A DNA stretch of 64,000 nt from an uncultured Candidatus Obscuribacterales bacterium (GTDB lineage Bacteria; Cyanobacteriota; Vampirovibrionia; Obscuribacterales; Obscuribacteraceae). Location: contig CAZCZI010000011.1 of NCBI GenBank assembly GCA_964503045.1, positions 62,895 to 126,894 on the forward strand. The letters run 5' to 3'. The first letter of the stretch is position 1. Each line of letters opens with the position of its first letter. This document shows, in pieces, positions 41,708 through 50,668 of the stretch. The position numbers and the translations under genes were made by a program. The notes below the pieces were generated by a model that did not search any database, had not been told where the DNA came from, and was given only the letters and a program-made list of their open reading frames with translations.

Positions 41708-43360
41708 CTACTTCTTCTTCGACTTCACATCAGTCAGAATTTCGCCTCTAACCTTGGAAGATGCACCCGGTATCAATGTCGCTTCCGTAGCGGCTTCACC
41801 GGTGAACTCTTGCTTGAACTCGGCTTCGAATTGGTCGCCGGGTTTAACAACAGCTTCTTGTCCTCTGATAATCGTGTCGGCAATCAGGAATCCACCCGGA
41901 AGTCCGGAGACAACGCCCATGGCAAAGCCTTTAAGCCTGCGATGCGGAACGTTGGTGCCCACCGGATGCAAGAATGCAAACGATGGATTCATTGCGCCGA
42001 CGACACCATATGCAAGCGGAACGATACCGAAACTGAATACGCCACCTGCAGACGCGGCGCCTCTGATTGCGAGGTGGGCGGCTTGGTGCTTCAACTGTGT
42101 CGATAGCGGGGCTGCTACTTCACCGTTGTGGTTGACGCCAAGAACTCGACCCTCTGCTTTGTTCTTTACGATGCGTGCGTGTTGTGCTGGTTGAGCAACC
42201 AGGGGAAGATGTTCGCCGTTGTGGTTGATGATTTCGTCAAACTGGAGTCCAACGGCTCCGTTGGCTCGCATCCAGCGCTTAGCGGACAGTTCTGCATGAA
42301 GAATTCTGCGAGCTGGTTCGGCCGATGATACATGACCGCGAACCAAATCTCCTTTTTTGGCAATTAACTTGCCACCGATGGTGATGTCAACGTTCAACCG
42401 GGCTTCGATGGGTTGACCGACTTTGGCTGTTTTGCTGCTGAGCGAACTCATCATCGTGATTGGGAAGGTGGCTCCACTTACGATCTTTGTTTTGCCGACT
42501 TCGTCTTGAATTTCTTTCCAGACCACTTCGGCTTTTTGCGGCACGTCTGCATCGTTGTCGATGACGATAACTGCAGAGGCCTCTTCAGAGGAGTTCGATT
42601 CTGCCGCGGCTTCGATGTCCTGAATTGCTTCTTTTGCAGATTCAACTTTGGGTTCAGCAGCCGTCGGTTCAACAGCCGTCGGTTCAACAGCCGTCGGAGT
42701 AACGGCCGTCGGAGTAACGAGTGTCGGAGTAACGACTGTCGAAGTAGCAACTGGCGAAGTTGCAACTGGTTGTTGTGTTGCAGCTTGATCGACTTGTGTT
42801 TCACCTGCTTGAGTGTGATCTCTGGATTGATCTTGCGGTTGAGAATTATCTATCTCCGGGCACTCTTGCATGTTGAACGGCACCATGTTGTGGTCGAACC
42901 GTTGCGCTGGTCCTTTCGTGGTTTCAGAAGGGACTGGCACCGCCGTTGGTGTGGCTGTCGATGCTAATTTCGACGGAGCTGCCACCGCTCGAGTCGGAGC
43001 TTGAGTCGCGGCTTGAGTCGCGGCTTGAGTGCTAGGAGTTTTAGCAGAAATTTGCGAAGATGCCTGAGTGGACGGAGCTGGCGCGTCGTTCCACCCTCTA
43101 ACTTCTTCAATGATCATTCCGTTTCCATCGCCCGGGACTGGTGCGCCTAGAGGCGCAACTTGAGGTGCGTTTGCTTCTGTCAGTGGACCATTCATTGGAA
43201 GCTGAAATGCAGCAGTCTTACCATGGGTCGAGCGAGCTGCTGTATTTGCCGAGCCACTTTGCGCCAGGACCGGCAGTGCAAGGTTGCCACCCACCAGTGA
43301 AATAGTGACGGCGATTGCAAGCATACCTGCTGCCGGTTTCCTTGAATCACGCTTGATCAT
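41708..43360 (-). CDS. Secreted protein with Thr/Pro/Ala/Val pentapeptide repeats and a C-terminal beta-rich domain
   Basis: Signal peptide MLAIAVTISLVGGNLALPVLAQS. TQAATQAATQA and (T[AL]V[TE]P)n repeats are encoded by 15-nt units near 42655-42745. The C-terminal IVSGATFPITMMSSLSSKTAKVGQPIEARL..GGKLIAKKGDLVRGHV pattern is reminiscent of TrbI/VirB10-type barrels, but this is a weak resemblance. Confidence 0.55.
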   Translation of the reverse strand: MIKRDSRKPAAGMLAIAVTISLVGGNLALPVLAQSGSANTAARSTHGKTAAFQLPMNGPLTEANAPQVAPLGAPVPGDGNGMIIEEVRGWNDAPAPSTQASSQISAKTPSTQAATQAATQAPTRAVAAPSKLASTATPTAVPVPSETTKGPAQRFDHNMVPFNMQECPEIDNSQPQDQSRDHTQAGETQVDQAATQQPVATSPVATSTVVTPTLVTPTAVTPTAVEPTAVEPTAAEPKVESAKEAIQDIEAAAESNSSEEASAVIVIDNDADVPQKAEVVWKEIQDEVGKTKIVSGATFPITMMSSLSSKTAKVGQPIEARLNVDITIGGKLIAKKGDLVRGHVSSAEPARRILHAELSAKRWMRANGAVGLQFDEIINHNGEHLPLVAQPAQHARIVKNKAEGRVLGVNHNGEVAAPLSTQLKHQAAHLAIRGAASAGGVFSFGIVPLAYGVVGAMNPSFAFLHPVGTNVPHRRLKGFAMGVVSGLPGGFLIADTIIRGQEAVVKPGDQFEAEFKQEFTGEAATEATLIPGASSKVRGEILTDVKSKKK

Positions 43361-43586
43361 CGCTCGTCCTCCAAAAACTTTGCATGCCGAAATTGCGAGG
43401 CGCCTGCCTCACTTTGATCCCGACTCCAAATGCGGAATTGCACTTCCAAAGTCTTTATTCACGCATCAGAGGTCGAATAATCCCTTGGAAACTGGAATTT
43501 CCAAAGATCGGTTGTCGAGTGGAGCTCTCGAAACGGTTCAGTCTGCTTGAACTATGGATGGTGCCGAGACTATTGTCTTCTTGCGA

Positions 43587-45716
43587 CTATCTTCTTTGTT
43601 GTTGCGGCTGCTGTTGTTGCTGCTGTCTTTGACGTATCGCTTGAACTTCCTGTTCGGACAGCGGTCGGTCGTTGCGACGCACAACCGCGGTTTGACCTGC
43701 CGGATTCGTCCACGTGATGTTGCCGTCGGCGCCGACTTGCGCTTTTCCTTCGAAGTATCTGTATGCCGGTTGTCCCGTTCGAGGATCCACAGCGGCCCGG
43801 CGCATCGGCTGACCGGTCTTCTCGTCGATTTGAGGTCTGCCTTGATTGTCGGTGACGTTTTCTATCACAGGGGTTCTCCAGCCCATCTTGCCGTCCTGTG
43901 AGATCTGTCCATATTGCCAATCTTCGATCTTTTCATTTGGATAACTGATTTGTAGTCTTGAAGGTTCACCTTTATCGTTATATGTGACGCGAGTGAATAC
44001 GCCTTCTGCTCCCAAGATCATTTCTGGCTTGAGCTTGCCGTCGGCTCCTTTGGTGCCGAGGATTTCGCTGCCATCTGGTTCCATAGCACGGCTCTTGCCG
44101 GTTGGTTTGCCGTCGGCTCCTAATGTAGTCATTGTCACCGAGCCATCTTTTCCAGCTTCCACCTGCATCTTGAACTCTTTGCCGGAGCTGTCTTTCCAGC
44201 TGTCGGTATTGCCGACGCGAGTGACTGATGTTTCTGCGCCGGGAACGATCTTGACCTTACCGTCGGTGCCGCGTTCTTGTTTGTCCGGTCCCTTTTGATC
44301 GACTCTTGATACATTGCCTTGAGCGTCGTAGTGGAAAATGAACTTGTTGCCGTCTCTTGTTTCTGTGCGCATCAAGCGATCGTTTCCATCCGGTCCTTTT
44401 TCGGTGACGGTGATGCGATCTTTTTCGTGACGTGCATCGCTGTTTTGACGGAAAGTTCTGGTACCATCGCTCGATTGCCAAATGCGATCGCCGTTAGCCA
44501 TCACGTTTCTGCGTTCGCCGGTGGACTGATCGAGATTTACGGCAGCAACCCGATCGTTGCCTTTAGCAAACGGCAACTTGCCGTTTTGCATTTCGGCTTG
44601 TAGTGTCTGCAGGTTGGCCACGGCTTTGCGTGGATCTGTCTCGGGCTTGGTCAACTCTTGAATCCGTTGAACTTCTTTAGGATCGAGCTTTCCTCCAGGC
44701 GGAGCCTTGAGTGTCACCCACTCGTCGGCGACCGGCGGCTGACCGGGGACTTGTGGTTTTTTCACTGTCATCTCAGTGATGTTGCCGTTTTTGTCCTTCG
44801 CGGTATAGCCGTTTAGTGTTTGATACTCCTTGCCGTCTTGGCGAACTGCTTTCGAGTATTGATAGTCGGTGGTGCTGCCGTCAGGCTTCCTTTCCGAGAG
44901 AATCGGACGCGCCGGCTGCAAATAATACTTGCCGTCTTGTCCGCGAACGGGCATCATCACGTCTTTGTCGGTACGCTGTAGCCCGACTCCACTTTGTCTG
45001 TCGACTCTGTAGTTGTCTTTGTCGACATATTCCAGGCGCATTCCTGGTGCTAACTCGACGTTTTTCACACCTTTGACTGCGGCATCCGGTTTGTATGTTC
45101 CATCCGCCTGAAGCTTCTCTACTGTCCAATTGCCGTCTGCGCCGGGCTTTCCGCGCTCGGCCAGAACTTCTTTGCCGGCTCCATCCTTTCTGTATATTTC
45201 AAAACTTCCGACCTTGTTTTTATCGTCGGCATAGGTCAGTTTAGTTCTTTCTTGTGGTGTCTGAATTTCGGTTGGGCGTTGCTTGTCGTCAAACTTGATT
45301 CCATATCCATTTGGATAAACTCTATCTTTTATCTTGCCGTTTTCGAAATGCTCTACGGCTCCATTTTGCAGCTTTCTTTCGGTGAGCTGTTGGTTTTTGT
45401 CGTACTTTTCCACCATGCCATTGCTGTGGGTTCGCACGATTGAGCCGTCAGCGCCTCTGGCGTCTTGAAACTGAGGTTGCCCACCTTGCTGTTGGGCGCG
45501 AATGACGTCGCCTTGTTGCTGTGAGAAACGCCCATCGCCGCGTTGTTGGGCAATCATCATGTCGTGATAGGTTTGCCCGCCCGGTCTGTAAGTGAGCGCC
45601 GGATCACCGACACGTCCCTGTCGGCCGCCGAATGCATCATAAACTGCCCCAGTTAGATCTACCGGTTGTGCCGGATTCGGTTGAGCTTCACGACGTTTGT
45701 CATCGCCTTCTGCCAT
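43587..45716 (-). CDS. Large charged Asp-Gly/Lys-rich repeat protein (degenerate YD-like repeats) with poly-Gln C-terminus
   Basis: 709 aa with no signal peptide. Recurrent xDGxx(Y/F/W) beta-hairpin-like units occur throughout (FIFHYDAQGNVSRVDQ, RVTYNDKGEPSRLQISY, GADGNWTVEKLQADGTYKPD). The C-terminus is IRQRQQQQQQPQQQRR. Confidence 0.5.
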   Translation of the reverse strand: MAEGDDKRREAQPNPAQPVDLTGAVYDAFGGRQGRVGDPALTYRPGGQTYHDMMIAQQRGDGRFSQQQGDVIRAQQQGGQPQFQDARGADGSIVRTHSNGMVEKYDKNQQLTERKLQNGAVEHFENGKIKDRVYPNGYGIKFDDKQRPTEIQTPQERTKLTYADDKNKVGSFEIYRKDGAGKEVLAERGKPGADGNWTVEKLQADGTYKPDAAVKGVKNVELAPGMRLEYVDKDNYRVDRQSGVGLQRTDKDVMMPVRGQDGKYYLQPARPILSERKPDGSTTDYQYSKAVRQDGKEYQTLNGYTAKDKNGNITEMTVKKPQVPGQPPVADEWVTLKAPPGGKLDPKEVQRIQELTKPETDPRKAVANLQTLQAEMQNGKLPFAKGNDRVAAVNLDQSTGERRNVMANGDRIWQSSDGTRTFRQNSDARHEKDRITVTEKGPDGNDRLMRTETRDGNKFIFHYDAQGNVSRVDQKGPDKQERGTDGKVKIVPGAETSVTRVGNTDSWKDSSGKEFKMQVEAGKDGSVTMTTLGADGKPTGKSRAMEPDGSEILGTKGADGKLKPEMILGAEGVFTRVTYNDKGEPSRLQISYPNEKIEDWQYGQISQDGKMGWRTPVIENVTDNQGRPQIDEKTGQPMRRAAVDPRTGQPAYRYFEGKAQVGADGNITWTNPAGQTAVVRRNDRPLSEQEVQAIRQRQQQQQQPQQQRR

Positions 45717-45942
45717 GGTAAAGATCCTCGGTTTGATGAACGATCTGAGATTGCAGCCTCTTGTTGGAGGTCGCGAAATCCAGCCATCTGGTAACTATTT
45801 GCCACTTACGGGGGCGTATGAAACTATGTCCATGGCGTAAGGGGCGGTGCTACAGCAGGATTACAAGAACTATTAATCCCACAAGAGACACTCTATCCGC
45901 GCTTGACAACCGTGTATAGTGGGGAAAACCGCAAGGAACACA

Positions 45943-46716
45943 TTAAATCTCAAGTTTCACAGCCTTTCTTAGAACCAAATCGGCTGAAATTTCCTGGGAG
46001 GACACTTTCTTTTTTCCTGAGCTGGAAGTGACGGAATGCCTTCCTTCGGGTTCCTCGACGCGAATGTCTATGTCAAATACCAGTACCTCAACACCAGCCT
46101 TTTGAGCCTTTCTCAGAGTTTCTCCATACTCTCGATCGATATGATCGGCGGGCGAGAATTTGTGGCAGTCGGCGCGGGCAATCAAATAAAACTGAACTGC
46201 TCGGTAGCCGCTGTCCACCGCGTGCATCAATGCGTTTAAGTGCTTGCGTCCGCGCTCGGTCGGAGCGTCGGGAAACATAGCAAGACCGCAGTCGGTATCG
46301 GCCAGCGTGGTTGATTTGACCTCAATAAAACAGTCGGGCCCATTTTTGTATTGGCTCAAAAAGAAATCAAATCTGCTGTTATGAAAACCAACCTCCGATT
46401 TCACTGACTCATAGTCCTTGAAACAAGGAATTTCTCGTTTCTTCAAAGCCTCCGCCACCACTTTGTTGGCGAGCATGGTGTTGACGTTGATGGCAACATC
46501 GCCACTCCAAACTACGCTCAACGTATATGGAAGTTTCCTTTTAGGATCAGATGATTTCTGAATCAAAACGGGAGAGCCCGGTTCTTGGCACCCAAGCATG
46601 CTTCCTGGGTTTGGGCAGTGTGCAACGATAACCTCTCCAGATTGCAATTGCACATCTGCAAGAAATCGCTTGTACCTTCTAATCAATCGTGCACGTTCGA
46701 GATTTTCAATTCTCAC
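45943..46716 (-). CDS. sfsA: SfsA-family nuclease/sugar fermentation stimulation protein homolog
   Basis: LIRRYKRFLADVQL..GEVIVAHCPNPGSMLG, FIEVKSTTL, and FPDAPTERGRKHL are SfsA hallmarks. GTG start. Confidence 0.85.
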   Translation of the reverse strand: MRIENLERARLIRRYKRFLADVQLQSGEVIVAHCPNPGSMLGCQEPGSPVLIQKSSDPKRKLPYTLSVVWSGDVAINVNTMLANKVVAEALKKREIPCFKDYESVKSEVGFHNSRFDFFLSQYKNGPDCFIEVKSTTLADTDCGLAMFPDAPTERGRKHLNALMHAVDSGYRAVQFYLIARADCHKFSPADHIDREYGETLRKAQKAGVEVLVFDIDIRVEEPEGRHSVTSSSGKKKVSSQEISADLVLRKAVKLEI

Positions 46717-46761
46717 AATGGTAAGCCATATCCTTAGATGAAGGGCTATAGCATATATCGA

Positions 46762-48147
46762 TTAAGGTCCATTTGAGAAGCGTGCAGGATCTGCGCCTTC
46801 GCTCATATCGCTTACGCCTACCACTACAGGGGTGGGAGCTGCGATTGAGCTTCCCAGCGGATTGTTGTCCAAAGGACCACTTACTGTTGGTTGAACAGAT
46901 GTCACACCAGGCATTGAGATCGTTGGTGAAGGGGTGCGGCTGATTGTTCCGGCCGAGGTGACAGCAACGCCTGAGTTGGAGGTTGTAGCGTAGCCGGTGG
47001 TGGGGGTGGTGGAACCCTCAAAAAGTGTTGGGTCTTGCGCAACGGATCCGTACCAGTTTGCGAAGTGAGTCCAGCCAGCTTCAACTGCTGGAAGGAATCC
47101 GGCGCCTTGAGTGTAGTTCAATTGTTGAACGAAATTTTGCACCGCAATTATCGAATTGCCGTTTTGCGATTGGCGGTTCCAACCGACGGTGAACATATTG
47201 CGAAGTCCAATGTCTTGTCCCGGGTCGACGGTGTAGGAAGTGGCATGGCCGGTGGCGTCTTGAACCATGAATGTTTCAAGTTGATTGGTCATTCCATTTG
47301 CCGATGGCGTGAGATGCACGCCGTGGAATTCTACTGTGAGCTCAAGGCTCTGACCGGATGTTTGAAGATGTCCTTGGTGATCGAGCGAGATTTGAAGAAG
47401 GTATGCGCCGGCGCCTTGGGGATCATTGACGAGAACGTAGCTGATGCCGCTTCCTGGTTGAGTAATCACATCACCAGGATTTATCCACTTGCCGGCTCCG
47501 GTGGGGTCGACGGTGAATCCAGCGGGCAGACCGTTGAATACTTTGGCGAGGCTGGTGAGGGTTCCATATCCAGTCAATCCTTCCGGATGCTCGACTGCTC
47601 TTGATGCAGTGCAATGAAGACGGGCTGGTTTTCCAAGAAACGGGATTTGGTTGAGTCCAGGAAAACTAGACATGTTAACGAACGGGCCGACATCGTAAGT
47701 GCAATCGGCAGTGTATTCGTACACATTGGCGGCGGTGTCGATTGGCGCAGGAACTGGAGTGTTCGGACCAACCATGCGGGTTGTGCTGGTGTTTTGGTTG
47801 CGTTCTTCGACGTAGAGATTCAATCCGGAGTTGGCGAAACCAGCTACTGGCTTCATTTTCACCCAGCTGGCGAAGCCGGAGTTCATAAGCTGCAAGCAGT
47901 TGTAGGTAGAACTTGCCAGAGCGCGGTCGTAGCTGGTTTGAGTAGCGGCGCTGACTGCGGAGTAAGTAGTTATGAAATAGGCTCCGGCGACGCTTGCAGA
48001 GATCATAACCAGATTGATGAGACCGAAGATTGACAGGAAAACCACGAACATGCAAAGGGTGAACTCAACGATGGAGCTGCCCTTTTGGGTTCTTTTGCTT
48101 TGGGTTCTTCTGTTGGTGTTGTACATTTTTTGAAAATCCTTGGGCAT
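46762..48147 (-). CDS. TadE/TadG-like (Flp-pilus pseudopilin-like) N-terminal domain protein, unusually large
   Basis: KGSSIVEFTLCMFVVFLSIFGLINL matches the TadE N-terminal motif. It is followed by a ~400-aa Gly/Thr/Ser/Asn-rich extracellular-looking region. Confidence 0.55.
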   Translation of the reverse strand: MPKDFQKMYNTNRRTQSKRTQKGSSIVEFTLCMFVVFLSIFGLINLVMISASVAGAYFITTYSAVSAATQTSYDRALASSTYNCLQLMNSGFASWVKMKPVAGFANSGLNLYVEERNQNTSTTRMVGPNTPVPAPIDTAANVYEYTADCTYDVGPFVNMSSFPGLNQIPFLGKPARLHCTASRAVEHPEGLTGYGTLTSLAKVFNGLPAGFTVDPTGAGKWINPGDVITQPGSGISYVLVNDPQGAGAYLLQISLDHQGHLQTSGQSLELTVEFHGVHLTPSANGMTNQLETFMVQDATGHATSYTVDPGQDIGLRNMFTVGWNRQSQNGNSIIAVQNFVQQLNYTQGAGFLPAVEAGWTHFANWYGSVAQDPTLFEGSTTPTTGYATTSNSGVAVTSAGTISRTPSPTISMPGVTSVQPTVSGPLDNNPLGSSIAAPTPVVVGVSDMSEGADPARFSNGP

Positions 48148-48311
48148 TATTGATGCCGCAAACTTTCCAAGGCTGGAGCCAGTGGACGCTTTTGTCCTTG
48201 GAATGGTGATGGAGTGGGGTGCGATTAATATGAGATTAACGGAAAGGACGTGAACTAGTCATGACGTCGATGTGATGTCAAAGTGAAGCGCTCGTGATGT
48301 TTTTGTGAAGG

Positions 48312-48986
48312 CTAGCCCTTATCGACTTTGTAGCCGACACCATGGACTGTTTTGATGATGTCCTCGCCGCCCGCTTGAGCGAGCTTCTTGCGGATTTTCT
48401 TCAGGTGCGTATACAGGGTTTCGCTGGTGGCATGAGAATCAGAACTCCACACATACTCAAGTAGAGAATCTGTGCCTACGACTTTGTCGGCATGTCTAAT
48501 GAGAAACTCCAGTATGGAAAATTCCTTCGGTTGAAGATCCACTTCGGTTTCACCGATTAAGACTTGGCGTTTCGCCGTGTCAATCGTGACGCCGCTGGCA
48601 GTCAAGGATGTGCCGGAGAAATTTGAAGGACGCCTCAACAGTGCGCGCAGTCGTGCTGATAGCTCTCTTACGTCGAACGGCTTGGTCAAGTAGTCATCAG
48701 CGCCTGCGTCGAGCCCCTCTTCTTTCTCTTTGACCTCGCCTTTACCGGTCAAAAGCAATACCGGAGTGTGTGCGCCGCTCGACCGAAAACGCTTTAGAAC
48801 TTCCAGCCCACTTTGACCGGGCAGACCGATGTCCAAAACCACAATGTCAAATTTGAAGCATTCAAGTTTCTCTTGTGCATCCAAACCATCGCCTGAGTGC
48901 TCAACCATGTGACCTTCAAACTTCAGCCACTGCTGAATTCGGGTAGCCAGGTCTTGGTCATCTTCAACGAACAGAATCTTTGCCAT
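48312..48986 (-). CDS. OmpR-family response regulator
   Basis: Receiver domain KILFVEDDQDL...DIVVLDIGLPGQSGLEV...TGKG...DDYLTKPF. Winged-helix output LQPKEFSILEFL...TVHGVGYKV. Confidence 0.92.
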   Translation of the reverse strand: MAKILFVEDDQDLATRIQQWLKFEGHMVEHSGDGLDAQEKLECFKFDIVVLDIGLPGQSGLEVLKRFRSSGAHTPVLLLTGKGEVKEKEEGLDAGADDYLTKPFDVRELSARLRALLRRPSNFSGTSLTASGVTIDTAKRQVLIGETEVDLQPKEFSILEFLIRHADKVVGTDSLLEYVWSSDSHATSETLYTHLKKIRKKLAQAGGEDIIKTVHGVGYKVDKG

Positions 48987-49128
48987 TTTATCTAACTACC
49001 AGCGTCTCCTGACGTTGCCGCCTAATCAGAACAACATGATAGCAACCCTGTAAGTGAGATTTTTCATTTCATGGCCGTCGTGCCATGATTAACACGTTGA
49101 GCCATTCCACAGTTAACGGTAACAACAC

Positions 49129-50472
49129 TTGTCTTCACCCTCAATTCGCCCCCACTTCTGCGCAATCTTCGGAAGCGTTGTGGCCACCTTCGCTTTGAAT
49201 GGTTGTGGTGGTGACCTCGATCGCGAGTATCGGTTGAGGTTTTGGGAAAAATATCAATCAGATGGCGAGAAGGCTCTTCTCGATAATCGCTTGGATGCTG
49301 CAAAAACGTTATTCAATTCTGCCGTCAGTGAGGCGCAGTCTCTGCAGGCAAACGATTTCCGCCTGGCGATAAGCTTAGATCGGCTGGCCACAGTCTGTTT
49401 GGCTCAAGGAAAGGATGACGAGGCTCAAAAATATCTCGAGCATGCCGTCAAAGTGTACGAACGCGAGCAAAGTCCTTCGAAAGACTCGCTTACCAGAAAA
49501 GAAGTGGTGCGAAGCTATCGTGCGCTCGCAGACATTACCACTAAGAAAAAAAAATTCAAGCAAGCTTGCGAGATTTACTCGAAAGCGGTGAACGCATACA
49601 GACAGTCGCTCGCACCCGGCACCCTCAAAAGCTCTGACTGGTTGCTCAACGAAGATTATGTGAGGTGTCTGTACGGGCTTGCCATCGCATATGATGCACA
49701 AGCCGAAAATGGAATTGCTGAAAAGCATTTTGAGCGTGCATTGCAAGCTGCTGAAGAAAACCAGCTGCCCAAGCCGTTTGTGGAGTCTGTGCAAGCGGAC
49801 TATGCCAAGTTTTTGCGAAAAACCAATCGCTTGCAACAGGCCGATCGCATTGAGGGCATGCTTCGAGAATCAGGTGAAGAGAAACAACAAACTGATCTAC
49901 TTCGCCAGTGGACAGAGTTGCATGACTCTTCGGTGGCTGAGGCCGATCGCAAGCAGTGGAATCAAGCGGAAGCTCATTGTCGCAGCGCTTGGCTGATTGC
50001 GCGTAAGCTCGGTGAGACCAATATTCACGTGTTGATGTCGGTGCAGCAGTTGTTGAGAATTTTCTTGCAAGCACGTAATTACGAAGCTGCTTATTCGTTG
50101 ATTAGTGAGACCAGTCCGCTCGTGAAGACATTTCCCGACTCAAAAGAGTTGGATAATTTGATCACCCCGATGGCTAGGTTGCAGGAAACGAAACAAAATT
50201 GGTCGGAAGCCATCGAACTCACCGAGCAACGTATCAACTTGAGAAAACGCCTGCGTGGATCTGAGAATGAGCATGTGGCCGAGGCTCTTTACGATGCCGC
50301 GAAACTCTACTTGAAAGTAGGAAGAATCGACGTCGCTCAAGCAAGATGCAACGAGGCTATTTCGATTTTGCAGAAAAGCACCGAAAATAAATCCAAAGAA
50401 CTTGCCGAGGCGAAGGCGCTTCTTGGACAGCTTAAAGAGGCGGCAGCGGTGCCTCAGCACCCAAAAAACTAA
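49129..50472 (+). CDS. TPR-repeat lipoprotein
   Basis: Lipobox-like VATFALNGCGG. TPR units (LDAAKTLFNSAVSEAQSL..., LAISLDRLATVCLAQGKDDEAQKYLEHAVKVYE). TTG start. Confidence 0.7.
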   Translation: MSSPSIRPHFCAIFGSVVATFALNGCGGDLDREYRLRFWEKYQSDGEKALLDNRLDAAKTLFNSAVSEAQSLQANDFRLAISLDRLATVCLAQGKDDEAQKYLEHAVKVYEREQSPSKDSLTRKEVVRSYRALADITTKKKKFKQACEIYSKAVNAYRQSLAPGTLKSSDWLLNEDYVRCLYGLAIAYDAQAENGIAEKHFERALQAAEENQLPKPFVESVQADYAKFLRKTNRLQQADRIEGMLRESGEEKQQTDLLRQWTELHDSSVAEADRKQWNQAEAHCRSAWLIARKLGETNIHVLMSVQQLLRIFLQARNYEAAYSLISETSPLVKTFPDSKELDNLITPMARLQETKQNWSEAIELTEQRINLRKRLRGSENEHVAEALYDAAKLYLKVGRIDVAQARCNEAISILQKSTENKSKELAEAKALLGQLKEAAAVPQHPKN

Positions 50473-50477
50473 CTACC

Positions 50478-50513
50478 CGGCAGAGGTCAGGTGCTCTGCC
50501 GAGTCTTTAGTTT
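50478..50513 (+). terminator. Rho-independent terminator after the TPR lipoprotein gene
   Basis: CGGCAGAG-gtcaggtg-CTCTGCCG stem-loop followed by a T-rich tract, AGTCTTTAGTTTT. Confidence 0.6.
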
Positions 50514-50668
50514 TGATGGCATCTCCCCTCGATTTGCCACTTGCTTAAGGGTTGCATTGCTTGCTGACGATGAGTATAGATTGCGGATCTGAACAAATCC
50601 TGAAATTTAGAATGTTCAGGTCGGACCTTCCATGAAAAAGGGAATAGCCGCAAAGGTCTAAACGGCAC

